Source of the DNA: Neoconidiobolus thromboides FSU 785
Taxonomy: Eukaryota; Fungi; Entomophthoromycota
Direction of reading: 5' to 3'
DNA length: 64,000 nt
NCBI GenBank assembly: GCA_025603075.1
Contig: MU626269.1
Location: 62,001 to 126,000, forward strand
Of the stretch, positions 1 through 13,026 are shown one piece after another (positions within the stretch are counted from its first letter, which is position 1; each line of letters begins with the position of its first letter). The translations under genes were made by a program, and so were the position numbers. The notes below the pieces were generated by a model. It did not search any database and was not told the DNA's origin. It saw only the letters and a list, made by a program, of their open reading frames with translations.

Positions 1-685
1 TTTTTAAAATAACAATTAAAATTATGTGTATAAATCAATAAGAATGAGAATAATATGATGGTATAAAATAAGAGTATTTAAGGAGGGTTCAAATTAACTC
101 ATACTACTTAGAAATTTTCGAAAAAATTTATAGAAATTTTACATCGAAAATACTTTTTTATATGATGATAAATTTACAAAAGGCTTTAATTTACAGAATT
201 TAAATTCCCTGCTAATGAAAGTCAGTACTAAACTTTCAAGGGCAAACTTTTTTCCTTTCATTCTTCTGTAAACTAATTGTTAGTTTTTATGACTTAGATA
301 TGTAAATAGACAAATTTTTGTTTATTACTTTTACATATCAAGTTGAACCCAAACTTTAAAAATAAGCTGTATGTTTTTAAACTAAATTTCGACATGATGA
401 CAACTCAATATAATCTCAGACATGTATTTATTAAAATAAAAATTCCGATATAAAAACTTTAAAGTTTAATCTGAGATTTCTTGGCCCTCTAAAATTAGAT
501 AATTTTGAGATCATAATTATTATGATGCTCTGACATCATTTTTTTGATGACAAAATTAATTTTAATAGTAAAAAAGTTTAAATTTAAAATGATTAAAAAT
601 TACGTAAAATAAAGCATTATAGAAGAAGCAATATATAAACTCGAAGAAAATAAAAAGATAGAATAAAAAACATAAATTATTATAA

Positions 686-3521
686 ATGCCATCAACTACT
701 CATATAACCCCTTCAGCTGCTATTGCTGTTGAACAAATGAAGACCAATGATACTAAGGATGACTTTGAAGATAAGTCTGTTCTTAGCAATGACTTTAATA
801 AATCTAGTGGTCTACCAAGTAACAATTTGACAGCTTTGAAAATAAGTAATGTTTTTGATGATAATTTAAATAACAAAAACAGTAAAAACAACTTAAATGA
901 GTCACCAGTATTACATAAACACGACTACACTGAAAGTGATAATACCTCCGAATCTAATACCGATAATGATGATTTACTTAGGCATGGAAATAAGCATAAT
1001 TTAAACCAACATTATAGTCATACAGAAAAAGAAAATAACCCCCTTTTGAATGATCGAATTCTATCTAAAGAGCACGAGGTTCTAGGAAACCCAGCGTTTG
1101 AATCTAGAGATCAAGAAAGTTTTCGCACAGAACCTGCTTTATTCAACAATAGGCATAGAGATATATTACCATTAAGGGAAGAACATGAACCTTTTGTCCA
1201 AAAAGAAAAAGATAATTCGCTTTTAAATAACCAAACTCCATATAAAGAACCAGGAATTTTGAAAAAACCAGTGTTTGAGCATAGAGACCAAGGAACCCTT
1301 AGTACAGAACCTGCTTTATTTGACAATAGCCATAATAATATACTACCACTAAGAGAAGGATATTTACCTTTAGTTGATAAAGAGAGAGAAAACAGTCCTG
1401 TTCTAAATGATCAAATCCCATTTAAAGAGCATGAAACTTTAAGAAAGTCACCATTTGAACCTAGAGATCAAGAAATTTTTAGTACAGAACCTGCTTTATT
1501 CAATAACAAGCATAATGACACCCTACCTTTAGGGGAAGAATACGAGCCTTTGGTTTATGAAGAAAGAGAAACTTACCTTAATTTAAACAAAACCCCATCT
1601 AAAGAATCTGAACTTTTAGAAAAATCAGTATTTGAACCTAGGGATCAAGAAAGCCTTGGTATTGAACCTACTTTTTTAAATAATGGCCTTGACGATAAGT
1701 TATCATTAGGAGAAGAGTATGAGCCTTTTGTTCATAAAGATACACAAAAACCTTTAGCTGCTCCAATCAAATTGGATATTAGCCCAAATTCATCTGTAAG
1801 TAATAGTATAAATAACAATGAGAGATTGTTTGCATCTGAAGCTATCGCTACTCCATCTATTTCTGATGCTCACTCTAAATTAAATGATCCTTTCTTTGAT
1901 TCAAATATATCGAAACCAAAAGACTTGGATTCTAATGTTAATGATACTGCTACTGATTATAACAAACTTGAAGAACTACCTGGCTCTTTCCCAGCCGATA
2001 AAGTAGAAGAAATTGATTTATCATCATTTGAAAATGAGCACAATCGTAATAAATCAGATTTAGCTTACGAATCAGCACTTCATAGTATTAAAAATAATGA
2101 CGAAGGGGAAAAGGAAGAAATCTTAACTAATGAAACTCACAATCCACTTATGGATAGTATTGAGCCTCAATTTAATAAAGATCCTATTAAGGATGACTTT
2201 GGTTTTGGTGAATTATATGATGAAAACTCGTTAGTTTCTACTGAGAAGGACCAAACAAAGTTTAATGAATTTGTAAATAAGGAAGATCATTTATTACATG
2301 ATAACAAACTTGGTTCTATTGGAGAAGTCAAACCTTCAGTTACTGGNNNNNNNNNNNNNNNNNNNNNNNNNNNNNNNNNNNNNNNNNNNNNNNNNNNNNN
2401 NNNNNNNNNNNNNNNNNNNNNNNNNNNNNNNNNNNNNNNNNNNNNNNNNNNNNNNNNNNNNNNNNNNNNNNNNNNNNNNNNNNNNNNNNNNNNNNNNNNN
2501 NNNNNNNNNNNNNNNNNNNNNNNNNNNNNNNNNNNNNNNNNNNNNNNNNNNNNNNNNNNNNNNNNNNNNNNNNNNNNNNNNNNNNNNNNNNNNNNNNNNN
2601 NNNNNNNNNNNNNNNNNNNNNNNNNNNNNNNNNNNNNNNNNNNNNNNNNNNNNNNNNNNNNNNNNNNNNNNNNNNNNNNNNNNNNNNNNNNNNNNNNNNN
2701 NNNNNNNNNNNNNNNNNNNNNNNNNNNNNNNNNNNNNNNNNNNNNNNNNNNNNNNNNNNNNNNNNNGAGAAGTCAAACCTTCAGTTACTGGATATACTAC
2801 CATAACACATGATGGTAATATTCGTTCAAGTGTTAACAGTTTGTTACCTTCAGATAAACAAGACAGGAATTATAATACAAATGTACTTGACCAAAATGAA
2901 GCCCCCTATTCTCCTCCTTCTACTCCACTTAATAATGATATTTCAACTCATGACAAGTTTTATTCTAAATCAGATAATCATAGACACAATATCACTGATA
3001 GTAAATATAATACTTTAGAAGAAAAAGACAAACAGCCTGAAAGTAAAACACTTACTGATATAAGCAAACCAAGTACAATTAATCATGATAACGAAACATC
3101 AAAGTTAGATAAAACTTCTACTACTTTAAAATCAGATGAAAATAAAATGGAAACCGGATCCAAAGATAGAACTTTATCCGAAAGTTCGTATGATCCCAAG
3201 AAAATTGAAGGAAAATCAATTCTAAATAACCACACTAGTAGTGAAAGTAGAGCATCCAATGAATATGAAGATAAATTAGAGAATACCATTATATCTAAGA
3301 AATCTAGTGAACATTCATCAACACATCCAGCCTATTCTAGTGATGAAATTGAAGGTGCATCTAAATCTAAAGGATATGCTAAAGTAATCAAGGGTTCAAT
3401 CAAAAAAACAATAGGCAAATTAATTAAAAGTGAGTCTTTGATTGAAAGTGGTACTAGTAGCAAATTAGAAGGGAAAGCCGTTATTGAAGCTGCTAATGCT
3501 GAACAATCGGGAGGATTATAA
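686..3521 (+). CDS. Large hydrophilic repeat protein with C-terminal Hmp1/CsbD-like module; interrupted by an assembly gap (~796 aa if the gap flanks overlap)
   Basis: ORF 686..gap and post-gap ORF ending at 3521. The same 25 bp (gagaagtcaaaccttcagttactgg) lies on both sides of the N-run and joins them in frame. C-terminus is KVIKGSIKKTIGKLIKSESLIESGTSSKLEGKAVIEAA. Confidence 0.75.
1030..1742 (+). repeat. Four ~180-bp (60-aa) coding tandem repeats
   Basis: The motif FE(P/S/H)RDQ...TEPALFNN.H...LPL.E.YEP.V occurs four times in the translation. Confidence 0.85.
2347..2766. other. Assembly gap (420 N)
   Basis: Run of N flanked by an identical 25-bp sequence (2322..2346 and 2767..2791). Confidence 0.99.
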
Positions 3522-3800
3522 TTTATGTTTAACCTTGTATAAATAAAATATTAATAATTAATACTGTTTTGTTTAAATATTTTCAATTGTTTAGTTAAAT
3601 AATTTGATTTTTTAATACAGTAGAATGAGCATTTAAAAAATTGACTCTAATATTTTACTTTAATTTGCTGATTTTAATCAAATCAACTACTTTAATTTAA
3701 ACTCTAGTTAACTAATAATTGGCCAAATCAAAGTATAAAATCTCTAATTTGAAATATCAAATCTCTTTTTTAACCTTTTTTCCAATTAGAAAAAAAAGCT

Positions 3801-4451
3801 ATGGCCATTGAACAATACCAACGGGAGTTTATTAAGCATGCGATCGATCTTGGAGTCTTAAAATTTGGTACCTTTGAATTGAAATCCGGTCGTATAAGTC
3901 CTTATTTTTTCAATGCCGGCTTATTTTATCAAGCTAGTTCTATCAGTAAATTAAGTCAATGTTATGCTGCCAGTATCCAATCTTGGAATTTGGATTATGA
4001 TATCGTATTTGGACCAGCTTATAAAGGAATACCATTAGCATGTTCCACCGTTGTAGCATTATATACTGGATATAATATTGATAAACCATTTTCTTATAAT
4101 AGAAAAGAAAAGAAAGATCATGGTGAAGGAGGTAGTATTGTTGGTGCACCATTAAATGGCAAAGTTTTAATTATTGATGATGTAATTACAGCTGGTACAG
4201 CTATTAGAGAAAGTTTGGATTTAATTAAAAATAGTTCAGCCGAAGCAGTAGGTGTTATCGTAGCTGTGGATAGAGAAGAAAAAGGTAAAGGGGAATTATC
4301 GGCTATTCAAGAATTGGCTAAAGAAAGAAATTTACCTGTTCGTGCTATTGTTACTATCTCCCAAATTATTGAATACCTTAAAGAAGTTGGGGGTTATGAT
4401 GAAACTATTGTCAAAATGGAAGAATACCTTGAAAAATATAAATGTTGTTAG
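3801..4451 (+). CDS. URA5: Orotate phosphoribosyltransferase
   Basis: Motifs FGTFELKSGRISPYFFN, FGPAYKGIP, NRKEKKDHGEGG and the PRPP loop IIDDVITAGTA; intronless. Confidence 0.97.
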   Translation: MAIEQYQREFIKHAIDLGVLKFGTFELKSGRISPYFFNAGLFYQASSISKLSQCYAASIQSWNLDYDIVFGPAYKGIPLACSTVVALYTGYNIDKPFSYNRKEKKDHGEGGSIVGAPLNGKVLIIDDVITAGTAIRESLDLIKNSSAEAVGVIVAVDREEKGKGELSAIQELAKERNLPVRAIVTISQIIEYLKEVGGYDETIVKMEEYLEKYKCC

Positions 4452-4536
4452 TAAGAAATTTTATTAATATCATTTTTAATAAATAAGAGATAAAATAGAA
4501 ATAATTTCAAATTTCAAAATTTATTAAATTTTATTA

Positions 4537-5811
4537 TTATTGAACAATTAATTCAATCCCGATTTTAAAAATTGATACTAAATTAGTGAGTTGTATTTCT
4601 TCGGAAGCTCCAATACTTAAATTATATCTATAAAAATTATTAATTTCTTTTAGAATTCTATTAATAAAATGCAAATATTACTCAATATTAGCCAATTTCG
4701 ACATTAAATAGCCAAGGAAATTAGTTGGTAATTTTAACTCTAACACATTTAAATAAAGTTGATCAATAATATCTTGAAGTGCTAGACCTCTTTCTATTTT
4801 TAAGGAATTAATATCTATAATAATAATAATAATTAATTAGATAGCTATATTCAGTTATAATAAAGCTACTATTATAAGCTAAAGAAAACTCTGCATTCAT
4901 TAACCAATCTCGAATTTTTTCAATTTCTTCTGGCAATGGTAAGCCAGTACATAAATAAACTTCTTTTTCAGTAATAAGATCAAATGCTGAATGACAAGCC
5001 TAAATATTAAAAAAATTTAAATTATAATCAAATTAAAATTAATTACTTGAAGGATATTAAGAACACGACGCATATCACCGTTGGATATCTTTAAAAGGGC
5101 CGTTTTTCCGTTATCTGTAATATTAACACTAATTCAAATAATAAGAAATAAACCACTATAGAATAATAATAAGTTTACTTTTCTTGTAAAGCAATAGCAT
5201 TTAATCGTGCTTCTATTTGTTCCGATTCTAATGGTGCAAATCGAAACTTTGTACAACGAGATTGTAAAGCAGGTATGATTTTACTTACATAATTACATAT
5301 GATACAAAATCGTACATTATTAGTATATTTTTCAATAACTTTATAAACAAATTTAATAAATTAAATAATTAAAACTAAAATATTAAATTTACTTCTTCTT
5401 AAAGCTGCTTGAGCGGCATTAGTCATTGCATCTGCTTCATCTAAGATAATTAATTTAAATTCATTACTATTTCGAAATTGATTAATACTCTTTTAGATAG
5501 TAAAATAAAATAAACTTGGCATACTTGAATAAATTTTTTGAACTTGCAAATTCTTTAATCCTTTCACGAACAACATCAATACCACGATCATCTGAAGCAT
5601 TTAACTTTCGTTTTAGTTAATATCTCCACTTTTTTTATAGAATAAAACAAAGCAATTCATATACTTACTTCTAATACTACATTAGTTAAATTCGATTTGT
5701 AAATTTTTTTAGCAATGGCTAAAATGGTAGATGTCTTCCCTGTTCCTGGTGGTCCATAAAACAACAAATGAGGTAATTTGTTAGCTTCAATAAAGTTGGA
5801 AACTATAATCA

Positions 5812-5845
<34 letters not shown>

Positions 5846-6041
5846 GTTGATATAAAAGTTAATATTTTTTAAAATTGAAATTAATTTTTACTTGTATCAA
5901 TAATATCTCCTTGAGAAACTAAATCTTCTAATTTGGATGGTCGATATTTTTCTACCCTAAAAAGTTCTAATTATTTGATTTTTATTATATATTTTATTAT
6001 TATTATTACCATGGTAAACTATCAGTTAGCTTTACTTCCAT
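4537..6041 (-). CDS. RFC3: Replication factor C small subunit (yeast Rfc3 / human RFC5 type), multi-exon
   Basis: Spliced by eye: [11 protein letters not shown]|VEKYRP, Walker [50 protein letters not shown] motif [22 protein letters not shown]. Confidence 0.92.
5812..5841. repeat. (ATT)10 microsatellite in an RFC3 intron
   Basis: Direct reading of the sequence. Confidence 0.9.
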
Positions 6042-7197
6042 TTTATATTGAAATTTTTAAAATCGATAAAAAATAAGAAGTTGATTTTATGGGAAGTTCG
6101 TAATTTTCTTAAAGTTTATTACGTAAAAACTAAAAATAGTAAATCATTCCAATGTTTAGATTTTGATTATCAGTTTTAAAATCTTATTAACATCCTTATT
6201 TAATTTAATAATAGTAATAATTGATTATATCATACTTGTTTCTAAGCTAATTGTTATATGAATCAATTTATCTCAGTAGAAGCCACTGTTAAGGAAAGTT
6301 TATACATAAATAAAATAAAATCAAAAACATTTTTAAGCTCACTTTTTTATCTTTATAATTGATAGTATCATATATATATTATAAGGGTTTTAAAGTCCTT
6401 GAGCTCAGTAGCATACTAACTAACAAGGTGATATAAAGTATTATAAGCTAAGGTAAGCCCAATACTTGAATAGTGAGTGAGGAAAACTTTAAAGTCTTGT
6501 TAAATAAATAAGAAACAAAGATGTAAATCAAGTTAACTAGACTAGTAAAGTTTAAAAGCATATTTCATGTTAGAAAATAAATAATAAAACTCTCAGTGAA
6601 TAAAATTTTTGAAAAAAGAGATTCAATTGCTTCTATACTTTGTATAAGTATAAGATACATTAGTTAATTTTGTTTCATATTTCTATTCAATACATACATA
6701 AAATTAATAAAAATTTTGATATTGATTTTAATTGTATCATTTTCTAATATGTATTCAGCTTGTATTGAATTTTATTAAGTTATAGTATTAAATTCTGGAA
6801 AGTATGGGATTTAATTAGTGATCCAACAATAATAAATAAGTAGAATAACTTTGCTAGCTATATTATAAAATAAATGCTATTTTTTTACTTTAGTAATTTT
6901 TTTATTTACCTTGTTATTTATATTATTAATTTTTTATTTATAAACTATATATTGAATAATTAGTTAAAAAATTGATACAAGTTTTAAAAAAAACCTCTTT
7001 TACTTATTGATTAATAATAATAAAATAGAAAAGCCCTTTATTTAGTACAAAAAGGTAAAAATAAATACTTTTAATTATAAGAAGTTATATAAACATATAG
7101 ACCATTTATTCATGAATTATATGAATATACAATGATAAAAACAAGCAGTAATTAGTAAGTAATATGATAAATTAATAACAAATAATAAATAATAAAT

Positions 7198-7277
7198 AAT
7201 AAATAAAATATATAATAAATAAAATATATAATAAATAAAATATATAATAAATAAAATATATAATAAATAAAATATAT
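7198..7277. repeat. 16-bp tandem repeat x5 (aataaataaaatatat)
   Basis: Five consecutive identical units, intergenic. Confidence 0.9.
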
Positions 7278-7735
7278 AATTAATACTTTCAAATTAACTA
7301 ATAAATTACTTTATTGATTTTTTATACCCCATATTTCTATCTACAAATAGTTATCAACTTTTATTTAATAATTAATTTTCGTCTTCTTTATCTCTCCTTT
7401 TCTTTTTTAAATCTAAGATAAGTTCATTATTAATAGCATTTAATATGCACTTCTCCTTAAAAAACTACTTAAGGCAATAAAAGTGGAGTTTATGTTTTGT
7501 TTTTACTATAAAGTTTGATTTTTTATTAATTGAAATCTAGCAAATAAATCAATTTAAATTTTATCAAATACACTTTAATTAGAATAAAATTTCAATAAAA
7601 GTACTGGATTGGTTAATTTATAAATTCAACTCAGAACAATTAAAAGTCTTGCCCCACTACTATTTAAAGCAGAAATTGAAAAGAATAAATCTTACCTTTT
7701 TATCTTTAATTTTATAAACTTAATAAATAATCATC

Positions 7736-8337
7736 ATGAAATACACTCAATTAATTAGTTTAGCTGTTGTTATCACCTCTGTAGCTACTTCTCATCTTGG
7801 TAAGTTTTAATTTTAGTGTTTAAATAATAAGAACATATTAATATCAATTTAGAGAGACGCCAACAAATCACCGATCCAACTAGAAGAGAAGATCCAAAAC
7901 CAACTTCTCCACCAGAAGGTAAAGATGAAGATAAAAAAGATGATGGTAAAGATAAATCAAGTGCTAAAGATGATAATAAAGACAAATCAAGTGCTAAAGA
8001 TGATAATAAAGATAAATCAAGCACCAAGGATGATAACAAAGATAAATCAAGTACTAAGGATGATAATAAAGATAAATCAAGTACTAAAGATGATAACAAA
8101 GACAAATCAAGTACCAAAGCTGATGATAAAGATAAATCCAACACCAAAAGTGACGATAAAAAGAAAGATGCAACTACCACTTCTGATAAGGCCACCTTAA
8201 CTACTCGTAGTAAATCGGATAAAGTAACAAGTGTTAATCCAGTCAATCTTAACACTGATTCTGGTTCTGGTTCTATTCATGTATCTAATTACTTTGCTCT
8301 AGCACCTGCTATTGTTGCTGCTTTTTATTATAATTAA
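7736..8337 (+). CDS. Secreted, probably GPI-anchored surface protein with DKSS(T/A)KDDNK repeats; 2 exons
   Basis: Signal peptide MKYTQLISLAVVITSVATS; intron 7800..7852 (gtaagt...tttag) keeps the frame; seven 30-bp repeats; C-terminus SGSGSIHVSNYFALAPAIVAAFYYN resembles a GPI signal. Not present as such in the ORF track. Confidence 0.8.
7951..8160 (+). repeat. Seven 30-bp coding tandem repeats (DKSSxKDDNK)
   Basis: gataaatcaagtactaaggatgataataaa and variants in 30-bp register. Confidence 0.92.
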
Positions 8338-9249
8338 AGTTTTCAATTAATACCTTATTTAGTTTTTGAATTTTCATTAAATATAAGACTTTAACTTTTT
8401 GTTTTTTAAAGTTATAAAAGTAAAATATAAGTTAAGACTTGGTTATAATGTTTTTATAAGTAATTTTTTATTCCCACTTTATTAAAGTTTATTTTTATGT
8501 ATAAATAGTTTATTTGTTATGTATTTTATTGTAACATTGAATTTGTGTTAATAAGTCAAATTCAATTTATTATTCCAGTATATTATTATATATAATACTT
8601 TCTATTAGTTATTATTTTAAAGTCAATTGATATGAAGAAGCTTTAATTTAGCTGTATCTATTTCTTAATTGTTTGTTTATTCAGCTTAAAAGCTCTTTAT
8701 TGTCTTCATTAATAAAATTTTAAACCTTTTTCTTGTAATTTTCAATACGATAGTAACTATACTTACTTAATTATTAAACCATTTAATCAATGATTGTTTG
8801 ATACTTAAATAAAATATTTAATATGAGTATTATTTAGCTTAATATTTTGAAAAAATAACATGAACTTAAGTACATATGTGAAAGATTTACTTAATTTCAT
8901 AAAAATATTTTATATTACATTATATAAAACGTACATTCAAATACTTTGTATTAGATGGATCTAAGTATTATCCTTCACTCCTATATATAGTACTTTTATA
9001 TGTTATAACGCTTTAAAACTATTAAATATGATAAAGTGAAGTTTAATTTTATAAAAAACTAGTTATTAAATGCTTATATTTGACTTATTTTAAATCCCTT
9101 AATTTCAATTCAAAAGCAATTCCAATTTTTGAAATCAAACTACCTAAGCAGTAATAATTGGTTCATATAATTTAGTAAATCCCAAGCTTAACATTTCGAT
9201 TTAATAGTTTAAGCATTAAATTTCTAATTTTACTGTTTAATCATCAAAA

Positions 9250-11103
9250 ATGGCTCCAAATTTTATGGTAAAATAAAATAGAACAATAAATAATATTAAA
9301 ACTAAATATAATAAATTTGATAGCAACCTCAAATTGTATTATTAAAAGAAGGCACCGATACTTCTCAGGGAAAAGGTCAACTTTTATCTAATATTAATGC
9401 CTGTTTGGCTGTAGTAGATACAATAAGAACCACTTTAGGTCCACGTGGTATGGATAAATTAATGGTAGATGCAAGAGGTAAATTGAGTTTTCATTGTATT
9501 TCTTTTTGAATTTAAAATGAGGTTTTTTTCAAAGGTGAAGTAACTATTTCCAATGATGGTGCTACTATTATGAAACAATTAGATATTGTTCAACCAGCTG
9601 CTAAAGCTTTAGTTGATATTGCTAGAGCACAAGACGCCGAAGTTGGAGATGGTACTACTTCCGTTGTTTTATTTGCTGGTGAACTTTTAAAAGAAGTTAA
9701 AAATTATATTGAAGAAGGACTTAGCCCACATGCGATTATTAAAGGATATAGAAAGGCTGCTGAAATTGTAAGTAAATTGGAATTATTAATTCAGTTTGAT
9801 TTAATTTTGAATCATATTAGGCTATTGAAAAAGTAAAGGAGCTTTCAGTTAGTATTTCAAGAAAAGAAAATGAAGAGTATGTATTTTTATTTTTTATTTA
9901 TTTATAAATAGTCTAACTTTTATTAGAGAATTTAGAGAATTATTATCAAAATGTGCTTCAACTGCTATGTCTTCGAAACTTATTTACTCACAAAAAGATT
10001 TTTTTACCAAAATGGTAGTAGATGCCGTATTAGGTTTAGATCAACAAACATTAAACGAAAAATTAATTGGTATTAAAAAAGTTCCTGGAGGAGCTATGCA
10101 AGATTCAATTTTAGTTCAAGGAGTAGCCTTTAAAAAAACATTTTCTTATGCAGGATTTGAACAAATGCCAAAATCTTTTAATAATCCATTGATTTTATGT
10201 TTAAATGTGGAATTAGAATTAAAAGCTGAAAAAGATAATGCAGAAATACGTATTAATGAAGTTAGCGAATATCAAGCTATTGTAGATGCTGAATGGAAAA
10301 TTATTTTCGATAAATTAGAATCAATTGTTGCTACTGGTGCTAAAGTTGTTTTATCTAAATTACCTATTGGTGATCTTGCAACTCAATATTTTGCTGATAG
10401 AAATATTTTCTGTGCTGGTCGAGTTACTTCGGATGACTTAAGTCGTGTTGTTCAAGCTGTAGGTGGTTCTATCCAATCTACCACTACTGGGTTAAATCCA
10501 GAAAAACATTTAGGTCAATGTGAAAGATTTGAAGAAGTTCAAGTAGGAAGTGAACGTTTTAATTTGTTTACTGGATGTCCAGAAGCTAAAACTTGTACTT
10601 TGATTCTTCGTGGTGGGGCTGAACAATTTATTGCTGAAGTAGAACGTTCTTTACATGATGCTATTATGATTGTACGTCGTGCTATTAAACATCATTCCGT
10701 AGTTGCTGGTGGTGGTGCTATTGAGATGGAATTATCCAAACATCTTAGAGATTATTCAAGAACCATTGAAGGTAAACAGCAATTAATTTTAGCTGCTTTT
10801 GCCAAAGCACTTGAAGTTATCCCACGTCAATTATGTGATAATGCTGGATTTGATGCCACTAATATTTTAACTCAACTTCGTCAAAAGCATACTAAACCTG
10901 ATGGTAAATGGTTCGGTGTTAATGTTCAAGATGAATGTATATCTGATAACTTTGAGGATTTTGTTTGGGAACCTACTTTAGTTAAAGTTAATATACTTTC
11001 TTCTGCTGTGGAAGCAGCTACTCTTATATTATCAGTTGATGAAACAGTTAAAAATCCTAAGTCACAACAAGCTAATCCAAACGCTCATGCTATGGGACAA
11101 TAA
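9250..11103 (+). CDS. CCT7: T-complex protein 1 subunit eta (CCT chaperonin), multi-exon
   Basis: [74 protein letters not shown]. Confidence 0.95.
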
Positions 11104-11527
11104 AAATATAAAACAGAAGAGTCATAAGTAACTGATTCTTTAAGTAAGCTTTATTATAAATAAATAAAAAAGTAGAAAGTATTAATAAAGTAGATACACA
11201 TTTCAACAGGTTTTTATTTTGATTTTTTATAGTTTGTTTAAATGAGAATTGTATATTTATTATTTCCAAATATCTTTATTATTTAAAATGTGAGATATAC
11301 TTTGAACAACATGCTATTTATTCAGAAATTTATATTACAAAAGCGATATTATTTAATAATCTTACAACTGTTAAAATATAAGAGTTATAATTCTTTACCA
11401 GTAAAAAAGGTTAAAGGACTTTTTTGCTTTAAAAATTGCAAAATTGCAAGCACAGAATCAAAACTATTTGATTTGAAAAAAAATCCAAGTTTTTATTTTT
11501 AAGTTTTAGATTTCAAATAAATCAAGG

Positions 11528-11900
11528 ATGGTAGTCAAAATCCGTTTAGCACGTATAGGAGTGAAAAATACACCTTTATATCAAATTGTAATTGCGAACG
11601 CACGTTCACCAAGAGATCACAAACATATTGAGAAGATTGGTTATTATGATCCAAAACCAGATAATCATGGGATTAAACAAGTTTCCCTCAATATGGAAAG
11701 GGCTAAATTTTGGATAGCTTCAGGGGCTCAACCTTCAGATACAGTGCATCAGTTGTTATCAAAAGTAAGTTTTTTTTTACTAGTTCTGATCATTTTCGTA
11801 TATTAATTCTATTTTTTATTTTTATTCATAGGCTGGATTATTACCATTTAAACCCTACAAAATTACACCACGACAACCTAAGGAGAAGAAAGAAAAATAA
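11528..11900 (+). CDS. MRPS16: Mitochondrial ribosomal protein S16 (bS16m), 2 exons
   Basis: MVVKIRLARIG..NTPLYQIVIANARSPRDHKHIEKIGYYDP, FWIASGAQPSDTV; intron after LLSK, then AGLLPFKP. Confidence 0.92.
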
Positions 11901-12094
11901 AATAGAATAGATTTTATAAAAGAAAGGAATAAAACTTGATCATTTTATTATATTTAAATAGTGGATTTTAATATTTATTTTGCTAATTAAATTGTAACAA
12001 ATATCTAATTTTATTATATTAAAAAATAATAAGTTGAAAAATAATAAGCTGCAAACTTTTAGAACTAGTGCAAAAGGTTTGGCAAAAAATGCAA

Positions 12095-12105
12095 GGTTCG
12101 AATCC
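12095..12105 (+). promoter_or_regulatory. Perfect Pol III B-box (GGTTCGAATCC) with an A-box-like TAGTGCAAAAGG at 12066..12077; not a tRNA
   Basis: Matches the GGTTCGANTCC consensus; the A-B spacer is only 17 nt and no cloverleaf can be folded. Confidence 0.4.
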
Positions 12106-12176
12106 TTAGTCAAAAAGAAGAAATTAGTTAAGCCACTTTATTATTTTATTATTTTCAAATTTCAAACAATTAGAAT

Positions 12177-13026
12177 ATGGATTGGTTCTTTGGAAAACCT
12201 AGGGCACAGAATGTAGCTAAAGAAAGTATTACTAAATTACGCGAAAATTCTTTACTATTAGAAAAGAGGGAACAACATTTACAAAAGTTAATAGATCAAG
12301 AAGTTATCAAAGCAAAGAAGTTTATAGCTGAAAGCAATAAAAGAAGTAATTTTGATGTAATCTAAATTATTCGAAATTTTATTAACATAATATTCGTTTA
12401 GAGGCCTTAGAAGCTTTAAAGAGGAAAAAACAATGGGAAGACCAAATCAATAAAATTGGTAATACTCGTTTAAATATTGATACTTTATTGATGACCATTG
12501 AAAATTCCAAGATTGATTTGGAAACGGTCAATGTTATGAAACAAGGTGCTAGTGCTATGAAAGCTATGCAAAAAGAAATGTAATTTTTATTTCATTTCTA
12601 TATTTTACTTTATTTTTAATACTATTTTAGGAAAATTGAAAAGGTGGAAGATGTTATGGATGATGTTAGGGATCAAATGTCAAATGCAAATACTATATCA
12701 GAAGCTTTATCAGAATCCATTGATGTTGGTATGGAATATGATGAGGTAACTCTAAATTTAATTCGATTTATTAGTTATTAATTTTTTTAGGATGACTTGA
12801 TGAAAGAACTTGAAGAATTTGAAACGGATCTTATTGATCAACAACTTGAAGAAGCACAAGCTCCTCCAGTATCCCTACCTGCTACTTCAGAACCAGGTAT
12901 TTTATATTTATATATATTATAGAAAGATTAACCTTATTTTTAGTAATGGCATCAACTCATTCAGTTAAAGCGGATAAAGAAGAAATGGATGAATTTGCAG
13001 AATTACAAGCAGAAATGGCTAGTTAG
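12177..13026 (+). CDS. SNF7: ESCRT-III subunit Snf7/Vps32, multi-exon
   Basis: MDWFFGK..., KLRENSLLLEKREQHLQKLIDQE, ALEALKRKKQWE.QI, TIENSKIDLETVNVMKQGASAMK, VEDVMDDVRDQM, C-terminal EFAELQAEMAS. Confidence 0.88.

Noticed and set aside
7785-8255. 156-aa minus-strand and 91-aa alternate-frame ORFs
   Set aside because: Shadow ORFs caused by the stop-poor 30-bp repeat of the real plus-strand gene.
12040-12115. tRNA gene
   Set aside because: The T-loop motif is present, but there is no acceptor, D or anticodon stem and the A-B spacing is too short.
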